From NCBI GenBank assembly GCA_001600815.1, contig BCKZ01000017.1:411970-475969 (forward strand): a stretch of 64,000 nucleotides of DNA. Reading direction: 5' to 3'. A model generated the notes under the pieces. It had not been told where the DNA came from. It did no database searches and was given only the letters and a program-made list of their open reading frames with translations. Origin of the DNA: Alloascoidea hylecoeti (Eukaryota). Below are positions 33,028 to 47,234 of this stretch, piece after piece. Within the stretch, counting starts at the first letter, position 1. Each line of letters starts with the position of its first letter. The translations under genes were made by a program, and so were the position numbers.

Positions 33028-36000
33028 TCCTATTGATGTTTTTCATGATCCCTACACCTCATTTCCAAAGATAGGGGTTCTTTTTCACGTTTTTTTTGCC
33101 TTTTTCTAATTTGTCTTTGGACTTGCGTTGTTTTTCTTATAAATTCAAATATTTACAAATGTGTTCACACTCTCCTTGGTTACTTGCTACTATTGTTGAT
33201 TCTATGTATCATGATCATGATGATTATTCCTTCCTTTACAACTGTACTCTTAATTATGATATGATTTTTGTTTTTTTTTTCTATATCCTTTTTCTAATAT
33301 CAAATTAAATGAAATTATATGGGTTTTATAATAATATTAATATAATACAATATACATAGTTTTTATTATTTTTGCATATCATCTTATATATTTATCTATT
33401 TATATTTTAAATATATTTTTGACATTCAATAGAATGTTTTTATTCACATAGCCCAAGTTAAATTAAAGTCAAAAATAGCTAGTATTAATTATAATTATAT
33501 CGTATATTAAATTGCATTACAGGTAAAAAGATAGTTTCCTTTTTTAGCGATTATCTAATTCTCATGTTAATATTATGGGTTAGGTTTATCTTCCAGATCC
33601 GAGACACAACTATTCGTTGAGAATACTTCAATAGATATCTCAACTGATACCTTGACTAATTCCTTAAAGCTATAATTAAATAGATATAAGGAGTACTCTG
33701 CTTTATCTAATGAGTAGATCTAGAACTATAGCTGCAGGTATAACAGACGTAAATTTAAAGCTCCTTTTAAAAATTAAATGAATAATATTAATCTCATAAA
33801 TCATTCGAAATCGTTTATTAAATAGACAGTACTAGCTCTTTACTAAGCTTCATGATCAAGGTGGCATGTTTTTTCACTCTTAATATTTAGTTAATTGATA
33901 CTAAGTAATCGATATCTGAACAGTCCAAAAGAATAATTAAATTGCGGCTCTCATCATATCTTTACAACTTTTTCATCTTAAGCTTTCGATTGAAAAACGT
34001 TAACGTTTGTAATATTAATAATTATTAATATACCTTATAATATTCTGTATACGGTTTTGAGAGCAATTAATTAATTTATAATCTTATAAATTATAAATTT
34101 AATGTTATAATTCGACTTGAATGTTATCATCATATTAATAAAATTATAAAGTAATTGCTTTGTATTTCTGGTTTAATAATTCATTAAGGGTTAATTCATA
34201 AATTTGATACAACAAATGTATAAAGTTTATACATTAATACTGTAATTATGGAGGGGAGAGTTAACGTTTGTTTATCCTTGATATTGTTGTTGTTATAATA
34301 TTACGTTCAAATGTCTGAAAACGTTATATAAACCCATGTATGCACTCCTTTAATTATAATTGATGATTATTGATTAAATAATAAATATTTACCAATCTGT
34401 AAACAACGTTAGTTAGCCCTTAATACAACGCTATATAGCTAATCTATAAAGATTCTCAATCATGAACATCGAATTCTAACGAAATCGATCGTATAGCATA
34501 CATTATTTCAATGGATTTATTTAGTTAAGGTACAGTGTTTCCGCCTATTTTCATTCATTTGTATAAAATGTTTGAATACCACAGACACCCTGTAAAGTTA
34601 ATTAAAAACAATATTCATTCATCATTTGCTTTCTGACATGCTACTGGACAGCCATATACTCATTATAATAACCGGTACGAATATAGTTAATCCATTTTTC
34701 GCCGAGGTTTATCTGGATATGCATGTTCCGAGAATTGTTATACAATATAACGAAATGGGGGGGTGAAAACAATTTCATTTCTGAGAGCGTGTTTTAATTT
34801 GTACCAATCGATACCAGTACGTAAGCCGTTGTAGTTTCAATGATTATGACATATATAATTAATATAAACCATTAATATTCCATCAATATTATATAAACTT
34901 CCATTCTAATTTAATAGCCAATTGGAATTGTTACTAATTTAAAATCCGTAATTATAATCTTATCAATATGTTACAAGTTATGTTATACAGCGGAGACCCG
35001 GGAATTATTTAGTTCCTTATGAGTTATACAATTATAACAATCAATAAAAATATAGTTGGAGATGATGAATTGCGCATATTCAATTATGAGTTATAATTTG
35101 ATCTAGATTTAGTTTGTCTAGCTGATACTGATTAGAGTTTTCAAGAGAAGCTAAGAAAAATAAAAAATCCAAATTAGTGAGATATATGCTTATGCTTAGC
35201 CACGGATTTTTCCTGATTATTGTTAAGTTTTCAATACCCGTAGTCGATTTCACTAAATTTGAATCACGGAAGCATCAATTGAGTAAGGCTGGAAGCCTTT
35301 TTTTGAGTAAATTGTCTGCGTCGAAGCCTAGCTTGATGTTACAGCCTTGGTTTTCTTTTTTTTTTTTTTTTTAACGGACCGCAATTTTGTAATGATTCTT
35401 GTGGGATAACCGATATGGGCTTAGTCTCATGGTGCGTAGGAAATATTTCATCATAGAAGGTAGTAAGGTACCTGTCTTTTTTCCCCATAATGTGTGTAAG
35501 ACAGATTTGAATATTCCGAAATTTTAAACCTTGGCATTGGATATCTTTAGGTTTTGGTTTGACGTGTTAATGCTTTCCTTTTTTTTTTCCTTAGTAGTGA
35601 CAGCTGTTTAAAGAAGGATTTTTCAATGTTTTTGCTTCAGGTGATCTTCAAATTTCTTGAGCTTAATCAGCTCCACAACTTCCTATGTTGATCATATGTT
35701 TTTCACTTTCCTTTTCTTTGCTGTGTTCTGGGTAAAATATTAATTTAGACTTTGAAATACTTAATTTGGTGGCTGATTCCGTTATCGAAATCTCATTGTA
35801 TTCGTGGGGTTGACGTTCGGAGATTTCGGAGAATGTAAGTTTTCTATGAGGGCTTTAAGAATGTTTCGAGATTAACTACTTCAGATTAGACTGATTGGTT
35901 GCTTAATAGGAAATAAGAAATCAAATATAAGGTTCCATATACCATTAATAATTACAATATTAATATAATAAAAAACAATATAAAAACTAGTTAGCTTCGA

Positions 36001-36308
36001 TAAGCTAATTAAAATAAATTTAAATTAAATCTCTTTATTCGTCGGTCTCTTTTAAAATTTATTCCAAGAAATTGTTTATTTCTGCAAAAAGACGATCTTT
36101 ATTATAATTATATATACCTTTTATCTTCTATTAATATAAACTCAGTGCCAGAAACTGCCACAGCTGTCAGGGAAGAAATCTCGAAATCCCACATTAACAT
36201 AATAATAAATAACGATTCCCACAAACACAACCAACATAAAACATTTAATTGTTTTTGTCCCTTGTTATAAACATAGCCATACATAATAAAAAACGTACTT
36301 ATATATAA

Positions 36309-39020
36309 ATGAAACCGAAATATCGATACAGTAATAGTCCTGGTACCGGACGAACTGTTTCAGACGCATCGCCCTTTTCAACAACCAGCGAGGAATTACA
36401 ATCGAATATCTCAACAACACCTAATCTCACTACCAATATTGACGCAACAGATTACATCAATACCAGGAAATCGAAGAAATCAAAAATAAATTACAGTACT
36501 GGTAATTTAAATGAAAATAATCAAAATAATCAAAAAAAAGATAAACAACGACGGCAGCGAAGGAGACATAAAAATTCACATACTGGTATGAAACAATTCT
36601 TTTTTTTTTTAAAATCCTGAAAGTAGTTCTGAAAATAAACTAATACTAATGTTTTTATGATTATAGGATGCAAAAATTGTAAAAAGAGAAGAATAAAATG
36701 TGATGAGAATAAGATAAGTTGTCAAAATTGTGTCAAATCGAATGTATGTTTTATTATCGGTTAAATGCTTATAATTAGTACTAACTTTTTTTAAAAATAG
36801 TCCCATTGTTCTTATCTTAATGATGTTGAAATTGAGATCCCAATGTTTATTCCTTCAAATGGTTATTATCCCCCTGATCAGAATATGGTGGGTCCAGAGG
36901 GTTCATATATGCCTTCAAATGGTATGGTTTATGATTCCGGTATTCAACCACTAATCCCGGTTAACTCTGCATATCAGAATCAAAACAACTTGGGTATAAT
37001 TCCTCAACCTCCACTTACTAACACTGAATATGAAAATCAATATTTTGTACCCCAAAATATACACCCACTTCCTTCAAGTTCTTTGAATACATCAGTAGAT
37101 GTTCCACAATATATAGAACAGATACAGAACAATGAAACAAAGCAATTAGACTCTACACATAATATACCCCAGCAGATGACTCAATTGCAACCTGTTCCAG
37201 TCGACCATAATGACCAATCTCGAGAAGAGGAAGAAGAAGATGATGATTATGACGATGACGACAAATTTCTATGTGGACCTGGTAATCGAAATATGCAAAT
37301 ATTTGACCCTATAGTTATCCCACCCATGGAAATGCCAGAGGTTGATTTTCAAGACTCAAACCTTATAGACCAACGTATAAAGGTCGTTCAGACAGGATTT
37401 GATTCAGATTCCATGAGAGCCACTTATGAAGGCTGGATGGGAAGAAATTTCAAACAGGCTTTTACTTGTCCACAGCTTTTTCATTCGATACTATCTTTAT
37501 CGATCACATACTTATCAATTAAAACCAATGATGATACATTATTAGAGGATTCAGGTAACGAAAGAGCATTAGCATTAGAAAGTATGAGAAAAGGATTATC
37601 ATTCGATTTGATTGATAGTGTAAGCTGTGGTGATGCCTATTTAGCAGCCAGTTTGTTACTATCATGGGATATTTTGTCACAACCAGGTTCAAATCCAGAG
37701 ACTTATATAACATTTGCAAAAGGAATGACGGCGATTTTACAACAGGTTGAATCTGTCGAATCCAAAGGTACAACAACATCAAAATGTGTTTCTGAATCGT
37801 TATTACAAACCTTTAAATCGATTTATTTCCCAGGTTATGAGCCTTTTTTCATACAAGAAGTCATTGAAGAATTAAAAAATACTTATGATTTTTTAGTATC
37901 GGGTAATGACCAGACATTAATTTCACTATATCATGAATTATTAGATTTTTTGAAGGAGATTAATTCGTTTTTTAAAACAACTACAAGACATGATGATAGA
38001 ATTACAATTTATTCACCATCAGCATTATATCGATATTTAAATAAATGGATAACCATAATTCCATCACGCGCAAATAATCTGGATGCTAAAGGTATGAAAT
38101 TTTCATTACAAGAACGTGTATTATATATGTTTTATCATACTATTACAAAGGGATTAGATGCTATTTTCCCAGAAGTTCGATATTTATATCAGGTTGGGTT
38201 TGTTGGACCAATTGGAGTTATTTCAGTAAATTATCAAGATTTTTTAAATGATTCTTATAATTTTAATAATAATGTGAATCCTGCTGATACTTATATTCAA
38301 ATTCAAGAATATATAAAATTTATTGATTATCCTTTAAAATTATTCTTATATTTTACAAAAAGATTACAAAATTTGAATATAATATTTACAAATTTTAATC
38401 CTTTTAAACTACATAGTTTAAATGATTTTGAGAAATTAAAATTTAAATCAAGAAGACAAATGATTAATATTAATGAGATTATGATTAAATCATTCAAAAA
38501 TATAAATTTGGATATTTTATTGAAAGAAGAAGGAGATTATTATTATTTACCAAAAGGTGATAAACCTTTAAATGAAATTGAAGAGCCAGTTTATTCAGAT
38601 TTTTTAGATGGTGAAGTATTACAAAAATATTATATTGATAGAATGTCAATTGTTGATATATTTTTAAAAAATGAAAAGAAAGAAGAAGAATCAATATCAA
38701 GCAATAATGAAACATTATCTTCAAATATTGATTACCATAATCAGAATATAAATACAAATACACATATAAATAATGACATTTTAAATCCAAATCCAAGATC
38801 CTCATCATCATCGGCATCTATAATTGACCATTCATGCTCGCCTTCATCGATAGCTTCTACAATTAATAATACAACAATAGACGCAACCAAACAATATTTA
38901 TCACCTGCTTTATCGGGTAAAAATTTCGATTATAATATGCAACCTTCTTTTAAAGAAAATAATAATGAATTTGGGAATTCTCCATTAACTCTAACAAATC
39001 TTTCAAATTCATATGAATGA
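36309..39020 (+). CDS. Zn(II)2Cys6 transcription factor (Upc2/Ecm22-like cluster); exons 36309-36585, 36667-36743, 36801-39020
   Basis: Introns GTATGA..TACTAAT..TAG (36586-36666) and GTATGT..TACTAAC..TAG (36744-36800) join RRHKNSHTG|CKNCKKRRIKCDENKISCQNCVKSN|SHCSY in frame with the 725-aa ORF. Confidence 0.92.
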
Positions 39021-41276
39021 TGTGTTGAACGGTATAAATATTACCAATAAACAATTATATACTTATAAAGATCTCTCTGAATTGAAATGAAATGGCCTAT
39101 TAATTTAATATTTAACGAACTAAATAAATTAGGCGTATATATAACTGGTATTTATTATTATTTTTTAATATCATTAATAACACACAAATGTTGTCCCGGG
39201 TTAGTTGTTTATTGATGCTAATTTTTTTTTTCTTGAAAAGAATTGACCCTTTTCTTAATAGGCGTTCGGATTCATGTATAAATATAAATTTCTAATGAAT
39301 TATTCCAAGTAAAAGATTTCAATTATTCTCGTTTAAACAATTAATTTCGAAGAAGATCTGAAAACGAATGAAATACCACAAATTTGGTATCATATAACCA
39401 CATTTAATCTTAACAATTGTTAGCTATAGCAACTAATACATGTTTTGCCTCTTCTTCTTATAACTATAAGGCCTTACATATGTATTGAAACATAATAATG
39501 AATATCAATGTTTAATTACTGGGAATAGGTGTATGAAATTACTCTTTTAAGCTTCGGCTTCTTCTGGTATACGGTTATGCTTTTCACCCCGTAGTCGGAT
39601 ATAGGTATAATTATAGCATCCTTTTTTTTAATTTAATTATATATTTATGTGAATCTATTAATGGAAACATAGATGTAATATAACAATTAATATTTCAATA
39701 ACATTTTCAACTAAAATTGCAATGGATATTCATAACTTGTTACTCCTCCTTTGCGTATCCTCGCCAACAAAAGATACGAGATATACAGCTTAGAGAATGT
39801 TGTTAATATTAATAATATTGCAATTCATTGTGTGTGATATTTGCAATTGTATTTATTGAATTTAAATTTAAAGCCACAGTGTTGATATGTTTATAATTTT
39901 TATACAAGTGTGCTGAAATTTTGTAACTTGGAAATCTATAACATATACTTATCAATTAATTATGAAAAATACAATAGTGAAAATCCAAGTTTAATTAAAG
40001 CGTGAACATTATATTCTCAGTCTATGAATAACTTAAGTAAAAAATAGCTTGAGGTTATAATTGTTTCAATTTATTTCAGTTGCAATAGCAATGCCAATTT
40101 GTGCATAAACCAATTGAAAATTAATTATACTAGCTACATATATAATTATAAATGATATAATGCTTATTAAATGCTATAATGAAGAATTAAGATTATTATA
40201 ATTTCTCAAGATTACGAGTACGAGTATCTAAGATCTAGAATGGTTTTTTTATTATAAGTATTCAGGTAAACTTGTATTTAAAAAGGCAATTGCAATTATG
40301 AATATACCATCAATTAAAATATTAATGTACTTGTAATTCAAAGTTACAACTTTCCTTTTTTGAAGGCATTAATGTCAATATTATATGCTACAAATAGTAC
40401 TATGACAATTATATTTAAATTTAGACCAGCCTCTAACTATAGCTAATATCGATTTGAAAATGCTGCTAGATGAAAACTATAGTGATTAGTCAGAATAGGA
40501 AATACCATGCACAATTGTTAAACAATTACAAGAAGAACTCATTCCCAATTTCCTTCCTTTAATTAATTTAATTTGTAATGTAGACTACTCTCTTTTTGTT
40601 TTGATTAAAATATATATATATATATAAACCCCTAAGACATACTTAAACTTGCAATAACTAATATTAATATGATTAGAGTTATATAATTATATTTTGGATC
40701 CATGCATTATTTTCAATTCAGTATCTTTGAGGACTATGCATAGTAACTATACTATACGTACTGACTTCGGTGAAGTAGATTGAGGTTCATTCTAGCTATA
40801 ATAAGAAATGTTTATATATAAAAACTAAAATATAACGATTCATATATATTTTATAAACGTTTTTTAGAAAGCCACAGTATTTACCAGATTTTAGTTATGA
40901 AAATCTACAGAATTTTATAGCTCAATCCTGATGTTTTTATAAGGTTGTGATAATAAAGATCCGGATGATTGCCGTTGCAATTCTAATTGAATGCTATAGC
41001 CAGAGCCCAATTCTTAAAGTTTCAATTTTCAAGTTCATAACATAATTTAAAAAAAAAGCTAAGTTTGATTGTCTATTGAAAGACCCAATTAATTCATTAT
41101 CAAATATTTCAATCTTTAGCGTTAAACAAATGGAATTTATCTATGTCATGATCATGAAATATAAAACTTATTCAAATATCTAAAAGGAAATGTTTGCATA
41201 GACTATAATTATAATAGATCTAGAGTTCATGGTGTTAACAGACGTATAAGCATTTTTAAACGAAATATATGCATGT

Positions 41277-41568
41277 TAGACAAGTTATATTTTAGCCCGA
41301 TGCGAAGCCGAAACCAGGTTTCGGTGGGGCAAATTTCTGACTTCTTCGTTTCGGATTGGTATCGGTCTGTTTTCGGATTATGTAACAGGGCAGGGTAACC
41401 TGCTTATTAAAATATTTTTAAGTAAGTGAAAATGAATATCATGTGAAAGTCACGATATTAATTGAGAGGTGTTTGGCAGTTTCGGTATCGTTATCGAGGG
41501 ATCCTTTTTGATCCTGGTATTGGCCCTTGACCCCAACAAGGCCGAAACCGAAACCGATCGCATGTCTA
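41277..41568. mobile_element. Non-autonomous hAT-type element (MITE), 292 bp
   Basis: Termini TAGACA...TGTCTA flanked by a perfect 8-bp direct repeat ATGCATGT (41269-41276, 41569-41576). Multiple subterminal TTTCGG/CCGAAA motifs. Confidence 0.75.
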
Positions 41569-42416
41569 ATGCATGTGCACTAATATAGCACTTGCTGACA
41601 TGATATTATCTCATGAACATAATAAGAAAGTATATATGGTTCATGTGTCCAGATTTCTACAAGCAGTATTCAAAGCAAACTACTAGTAAATTCAAAGGTA
41701 CTTAAAGCAAACTACTCAAAATAGAAAGTTCTAACTTCATATTATTTCAAACTTCAAACTTCGAAGTTGTAAGCGGGTTCTCCTCCAGGTTATTCTCGTT
41801 GATTGTGGGAAGATCTCCTCATGTCGTAATCGATGTGCCGATTTAATGTAAATTTGTATACCTTCTAAAGATACTATATTTGGTTTTATATCGGTCGGTC
41901 AAATCAGAGAAAGTAAAGTTACCTATTTATAATTATAATGTCATAATCTCATAATTTTCTCGTATATTCTATAATTATCAAAAATATATCCATAAGTATT
42001 TTTCTATATATATTGCTGCAGTTAGCAACATTTATTCTTCCAATTATTAATTATCAATAATCTATTTTTTCTTACCATCTCTTCAGTGTCAGTTTGAAGG
42101 TTCTTGCATAAGAAACACCCTGGTATGATCATTTTTCTTTTTACAATTTTATTCGCCTTTTTACCCGTTCATTTATCAAATTTAAACTCCTCAATTGCTG
42201 TTTTCTTTTACCATCAACACAATATTTCAGCTAACTAAAGTTTAACTAAATCTATAAAGTAGTTTTTATGTTAAGATTTGACGTCTAGAAGCTCCTAAAT
42301 TTAACTTTACAGTATTGTTGCTTCTCCACAGAAAAGAAAGATAAATAACTACTTTAAGTGGTACAATTAAAAATTGAAAAATTTTATAAGCATTAAAACT
42401 TTTCTCCATTTTAAAA

Positions 42417-45193
42417 ATGGTGCCCAAACCTTATGATAATGATCACCAACAGATAAATTCCAGTAAAGAAGTGAAAAAAACTTTCATGAATTCAAGACAA
42501 GGATGTGAAAAATATCCAGAAATTGATATTAAATGCAAGAAATTTGAAGTTCATAATATTAAACAAAATGAGAAGAAATATCATCAAAGCGAAGATGATA
42601 GCAGTATAACTGAAAGTGGTAGTCATAATACAATTAAACTTAATAGTCGTACATCCTCCTTCTCTATGGCGAAAGTAAATAAGCTCAAATTTAATACGAT
42701 TTCAGGAGCAAGAGAATTGCACTCAGTGCCGCAAACTTCAAATTCAGTTCAAGAAAAGCCTCAATTATTTTTATATCATTCTGATCCCTGTGTTCCTTTT
42801 CTTCATTATAATCAGAGTCAAATGCCTATCAGACCAGAGAATTCTAACTATACTTCTAAAATTAAAGCACAAGCTAAAGGGCAGGACCTAAATGCACGTA
42901 TGCCGAAGTTATCTAATAAGTCAATGAAGAGAAACTCTCAATTTGGTTATAGTCTTGGTATCTATTCAGGGCAGCAAGAGCCATCGATGCCATATATGGT
43001 TGGCTCCATTCCAGATCCCGCGGTTGGCTGTAATTGGTACTACAATATACATTCTCTCCCTCCAGCTCCAGCTGTAACTCACCAGGCCCCCCAGCATCCA
43101 AGCCAAATGCAAATTCCACGTTTCGGCTATCCCATTTCCTCTTACAATTCATCATTGCCGGCTGATATTATGGATGGCAGACAACCATCAATTGCAATGC
43201 CTTATATGCTACCGACGATGCCTATTGCTCATGCTAACTATAATCCTCCTCCGTATATGGTAACTGGCAGGCCTGCAGCTGGCCATGGCCCTGGATATAG
43301 CTCTACATTTAATCCTGGATCCAATAACCAATTTCTTTTCTGCCCCCCATTGTATAATAATTACACCGCAGCTGCACCAACGGAGGAATCTAATATGTTC
43401 TATGCGCCAAGGCCGATTGGAAAATCCAGGAATGCAACTAACGACCATATTTATGACCAATATTCAACAAAAGCGAATACGCACGCTATGCTTTCAGGTA
43501 ATAATTGCAATACCAACAATAATAAGTTAAAGTTTATTTATAATAATCATAAGAAACAAGGACAGAATATTGTGAGCCCCAGGCTTCTTGCAATAGGTTT
43601 ACCAAGAGGGCCTCCTCAAAAGCCCCTAACAACTGATTTTGCTCTATGGGTTGGAAATCTGCCTCAACGACGAGTAACTATAAATCATTCTTACCCAATG
43701 TTGAATAAAAATTTAATCGTTGAATTAAACTCTTTTTCAAAAAGTTTAAAAACACCAATTGAATCAACGATTTTTTTAAATAAATTATCATCCTTATCAT
43801 CTTCTTATAAATATTTATCGTCATTAATTAACTTATTCCAAGATAAAAATCTAATAAGTATCAAATACATTGAAAAAAGTGGATGTGCTATTATTAATTA
43901 TAAAGATGAAAAAACCTTAAATGAAAAAGTCGATCTTTATTCTAACAATAATGATGATATTAATAGAAAAAGGATTATTGGGGGTAGGAAAATTGCAGTA
44001 AGAATCAAAAAGGATAATAAAAATATTAATAATGATAATAAAATTGATAACAATAATCATGATGAATTTAATAACAATTCAACAGTAAAGTTGGATACCT
44101 TTTATAATCATCATAATTGTAATATTGATCATCATTCACAACAAGATACTGATCTTAATGAAGAAGTTCCCTTAATTGATTATTCAAGTTTAAGTGGTAA
44201 TTTAAGTAAAAATCAAAATGAAATTAGCTTAAGGGATCTATATGATGAAGAGATTTATGAGGACGGTGAAACAAGAGATTGTTTCTTTATTATTAAAAGT
44301 TTAACCAACGAAGATCTAATCTCAAGCGTTGTTTCTGGTGTTTGGCAAACCCAAAGCCATAATGTTGAAAAATTCAATCGGTTTTTTAATGTATGTAAAT
44401 TAAAGCATATGTCTTTGTGTATAACTAACATTTTTATGGGTATATTTAGGAATACGATAATGTCTATTTTATCTTTTCAACTAATAAATCAGGTGAATAT
44501 TTTGGATACGCAAGAATGGAAGATGAAATTCCAACATCAATTGCTAATTTTGAAAGAAACGTGAACAATGACGTTAATTATAAAAATATAAATTTATCTT
44601 CTCCTTTTGCAACAACAGCTAACCCCGTTTCACGGGATAACTCACCAAGAATAATTTATACACCAGAATTAATAAATTTACCATCGGGTAGAATAGTTGA
44701 TGATTCAGAGAGAGTTGGGTTCTTTTGGGAAGTTTGTGATTGGAAACCATGCCCTAGTGAAGATACGACTACAACACGCAGTACTTCACCTGTATCTACA
44801 AGAACAAGTCTATCCTCAAATTCGGCTACTGAAATATCATCAACTGCGAATTCATTGGATTTAGATGTGTCAGATGTGTCAGATGTTAATAATAATCATC
44901 ATCTGAACTCGAATCATTTAAATCAAGAATCAGGTTCAAGAATTTCAAAATTTTCATTAAATCAAGAGCAGGACCCAAATTCAGCCTATCCATTTACAAT
45001 CAAATGGATAAAACCAAATCCAGATTCAATTTCAAATGAAAAAAATCAGACAATTCCATTTCATTTACTTCAAAATATTAAAAATTCATTTAATAATAAT
45101 AAAGAAGTTAAAATTGCAAGAGATGGTACTAGAATTGATAAAAATATTGGAAGATTTATAGTTGATTTATTCGAGGATAATGATCAACATTAA
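42417..45193 (+). CDS. RRM-like + YTH (YT521-B/DC-type) RNA-binding protein; exon 1 42417-44390, intron 44391-44449, exon 2 44450-45193 (905 aa)
   Basis: GPPQKP...ALWVGNLP; FFIIKSLT.EDL..S...GVWQTQSHN; after splicing GTATGT..AACTAAC..TAG the frame reads EYDNVYFIFSTNKSGEYFGYARM, then PFTIKW and N.FNNNKEVKIARDGT. Confidence 0.9.
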
Positions 45194-46629
45194 TTCAGTA
45201 AATATTAATTACAAGTTAGGAACCAATTGTTCTAAAAACTTGTAAAGAAACTTTGTAAAAAAACACATTTTTATTTATGACTCAACAAAAAAGATTAATA
45301 ATTATTGCGATAAATGCAGGAATCATCTTCTATTAACTACTCGTTATTACTTCAATATTAATGGTACATTATTAGAGTTGTGTTACCTATCAATATTTTC
45401 ATTTTATACATAATTAAATCTAAAACACAGATGAATGTATTAAATATTTCTCTCTTTATATTAAATTTTATATTCATTTATTACTTTATCATATTAAAGC
45501 TCAACAGATTTTAATTTTATTTTATTTTAGAAACATAGCCATCGCTCAATTTCAATCAACAAAAAATAACAACAAATCAACTAAGAAGAAGATTCAAATT
45601 TTATATTATCGATCAATTGGGGTATTTGATGAGATATCATCAACTATCTACTTAAGAAAATAATTCATATGGTACACCTATTGACTCATATGATAATAAA
45701 AACTATTACATTAGCTGCATAAGGTTATAGTTATATCTCTATAAAGATACATCTATGATATCGATACAAATCATATGTGAACAAATATTAATAGATACTG
45801 TTTGCCTTTACAAAACGATATAGTGATTAGACATCTTAAATAGAATACTATAAAATTTACATTATTATAACTTCTTTAGCTATCATCATTGTTCAACAAT
45901 ATGATTTATATCTTCCGCTGATGTTGAATCATAAACAACTTTAACTCGACTAAGAAAACAAAGTTCCAAACTCCAAACCCATTCGTGTTGGGTTTTAATT
46001 AACTGTTAATGATGCTGCAGTTATTGCATTTTTGGATTTTAAGTTTTTCTTATTAACTTGTAGCTTAGAAGTGTAAGTTTCTCTGCCCCCACACCCTACA
46101 CTGCATACCAAGTGAGTTGATTAACCAGATAGGATATTAAAAACAATAATTTATATATTATATATTATCTATATAAATTAGAATACGTATTGTATCACTT
46201 TGTGTACTTAATGCTTTATACCGGTATACCTTAATCTTGTTCTCTGGTTTTAGTTGTTGCACAATGGGGAAAAAGGAAAAGAAGAAGAGAAGAGTAAAGT
46301 TTGTTGTGAGGTTCTTTTAAATATCAAAACTACAAAATCACAACATCAAGTACAATTAAATATTAAAGATTTGGATACGATTTAATTGCTGGATCTAGAA
46401 AATAACCACTATTTTATTTTTATTTTTTTAAGTTTCGCACAGATTTAGTTCAATAACATGAATTTTAATATCATACGTTATTATCTGACCAAAAGAGTAG
46501 TTATATAACGTAGATTGGTTTGAAGTACAGGGGTTTTATAATGAAAGATTAATACTAATTATAATATCGCGCTTCGGAACTTGAATAATCGTTTTGAAAT
46601 GTTTATAACAACATGACTTTAACAACTTC

Positions 46630-47003
46630 ATGTTGGAGAATACATGCCACCTAAAACGGGAACCGACATTGATGGCAAAGATGATGTTTTTGTTGGTTTA
46701 ATAAAACAAGAAAGAGATGATGAAGGATATATTGAAAGAGAAAGAATCCATTAATAATAGTCTTGCAGAAAAGATGAGTAAAAATTATCTTCAGAACTAG
46801 AGATGTTGGAACGACCCAATATGCTCAAGGAAGTAAGGATAGAATCATCAACGTCAACATCAAGTATCAAAAAAGAAATGAATTTCACCTCAAATCAGAG
46901 TAAAGACAATCTCAACCCATATCCTGGGGCAAAAAATTGGAAGTATGTTAAGGTTAGTATAGCAACTCTAATGTATTATACCATTCTGTTTGTTGCATTA
47001 TAG
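46630..47003 (+). pseudogene. Degenerate ORF relic, possibly gag-like and related to the 28.6-29.4 kb relic
   Basis: MPPKTGTDIDGKDD... interrupted by stops, then KDNLNPYPGAKNWKYVK; shares the KDN...GAKNW..VK pattern. Confidence 0.25.
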
Positions 47004-47234
47004 CAAATAATAGCCCTAGTTGAGATTTTTTTCTTTTTAAGGTACAGTACAGCCGTTTTTCCCTGCATATCATTATTATATGTCATAGAAAAATATAGGA
47101 CATGCAGGAGATTGGTTTGTGCTTAGCGTCATGCACATTCCACATTTGTCCAATATATCAATCTCAATTTTTTTAAAATCTATTAATTGATTATATATAT
47201 TTTACTATTTCTTGATATTGTATATTCAACTCAG

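Noticed and set aside
42417..44564. The 715-aa and 225-aa ORFs as two separate genes
   Set aside because: A canonical intron joins them and completes the YTH domain.
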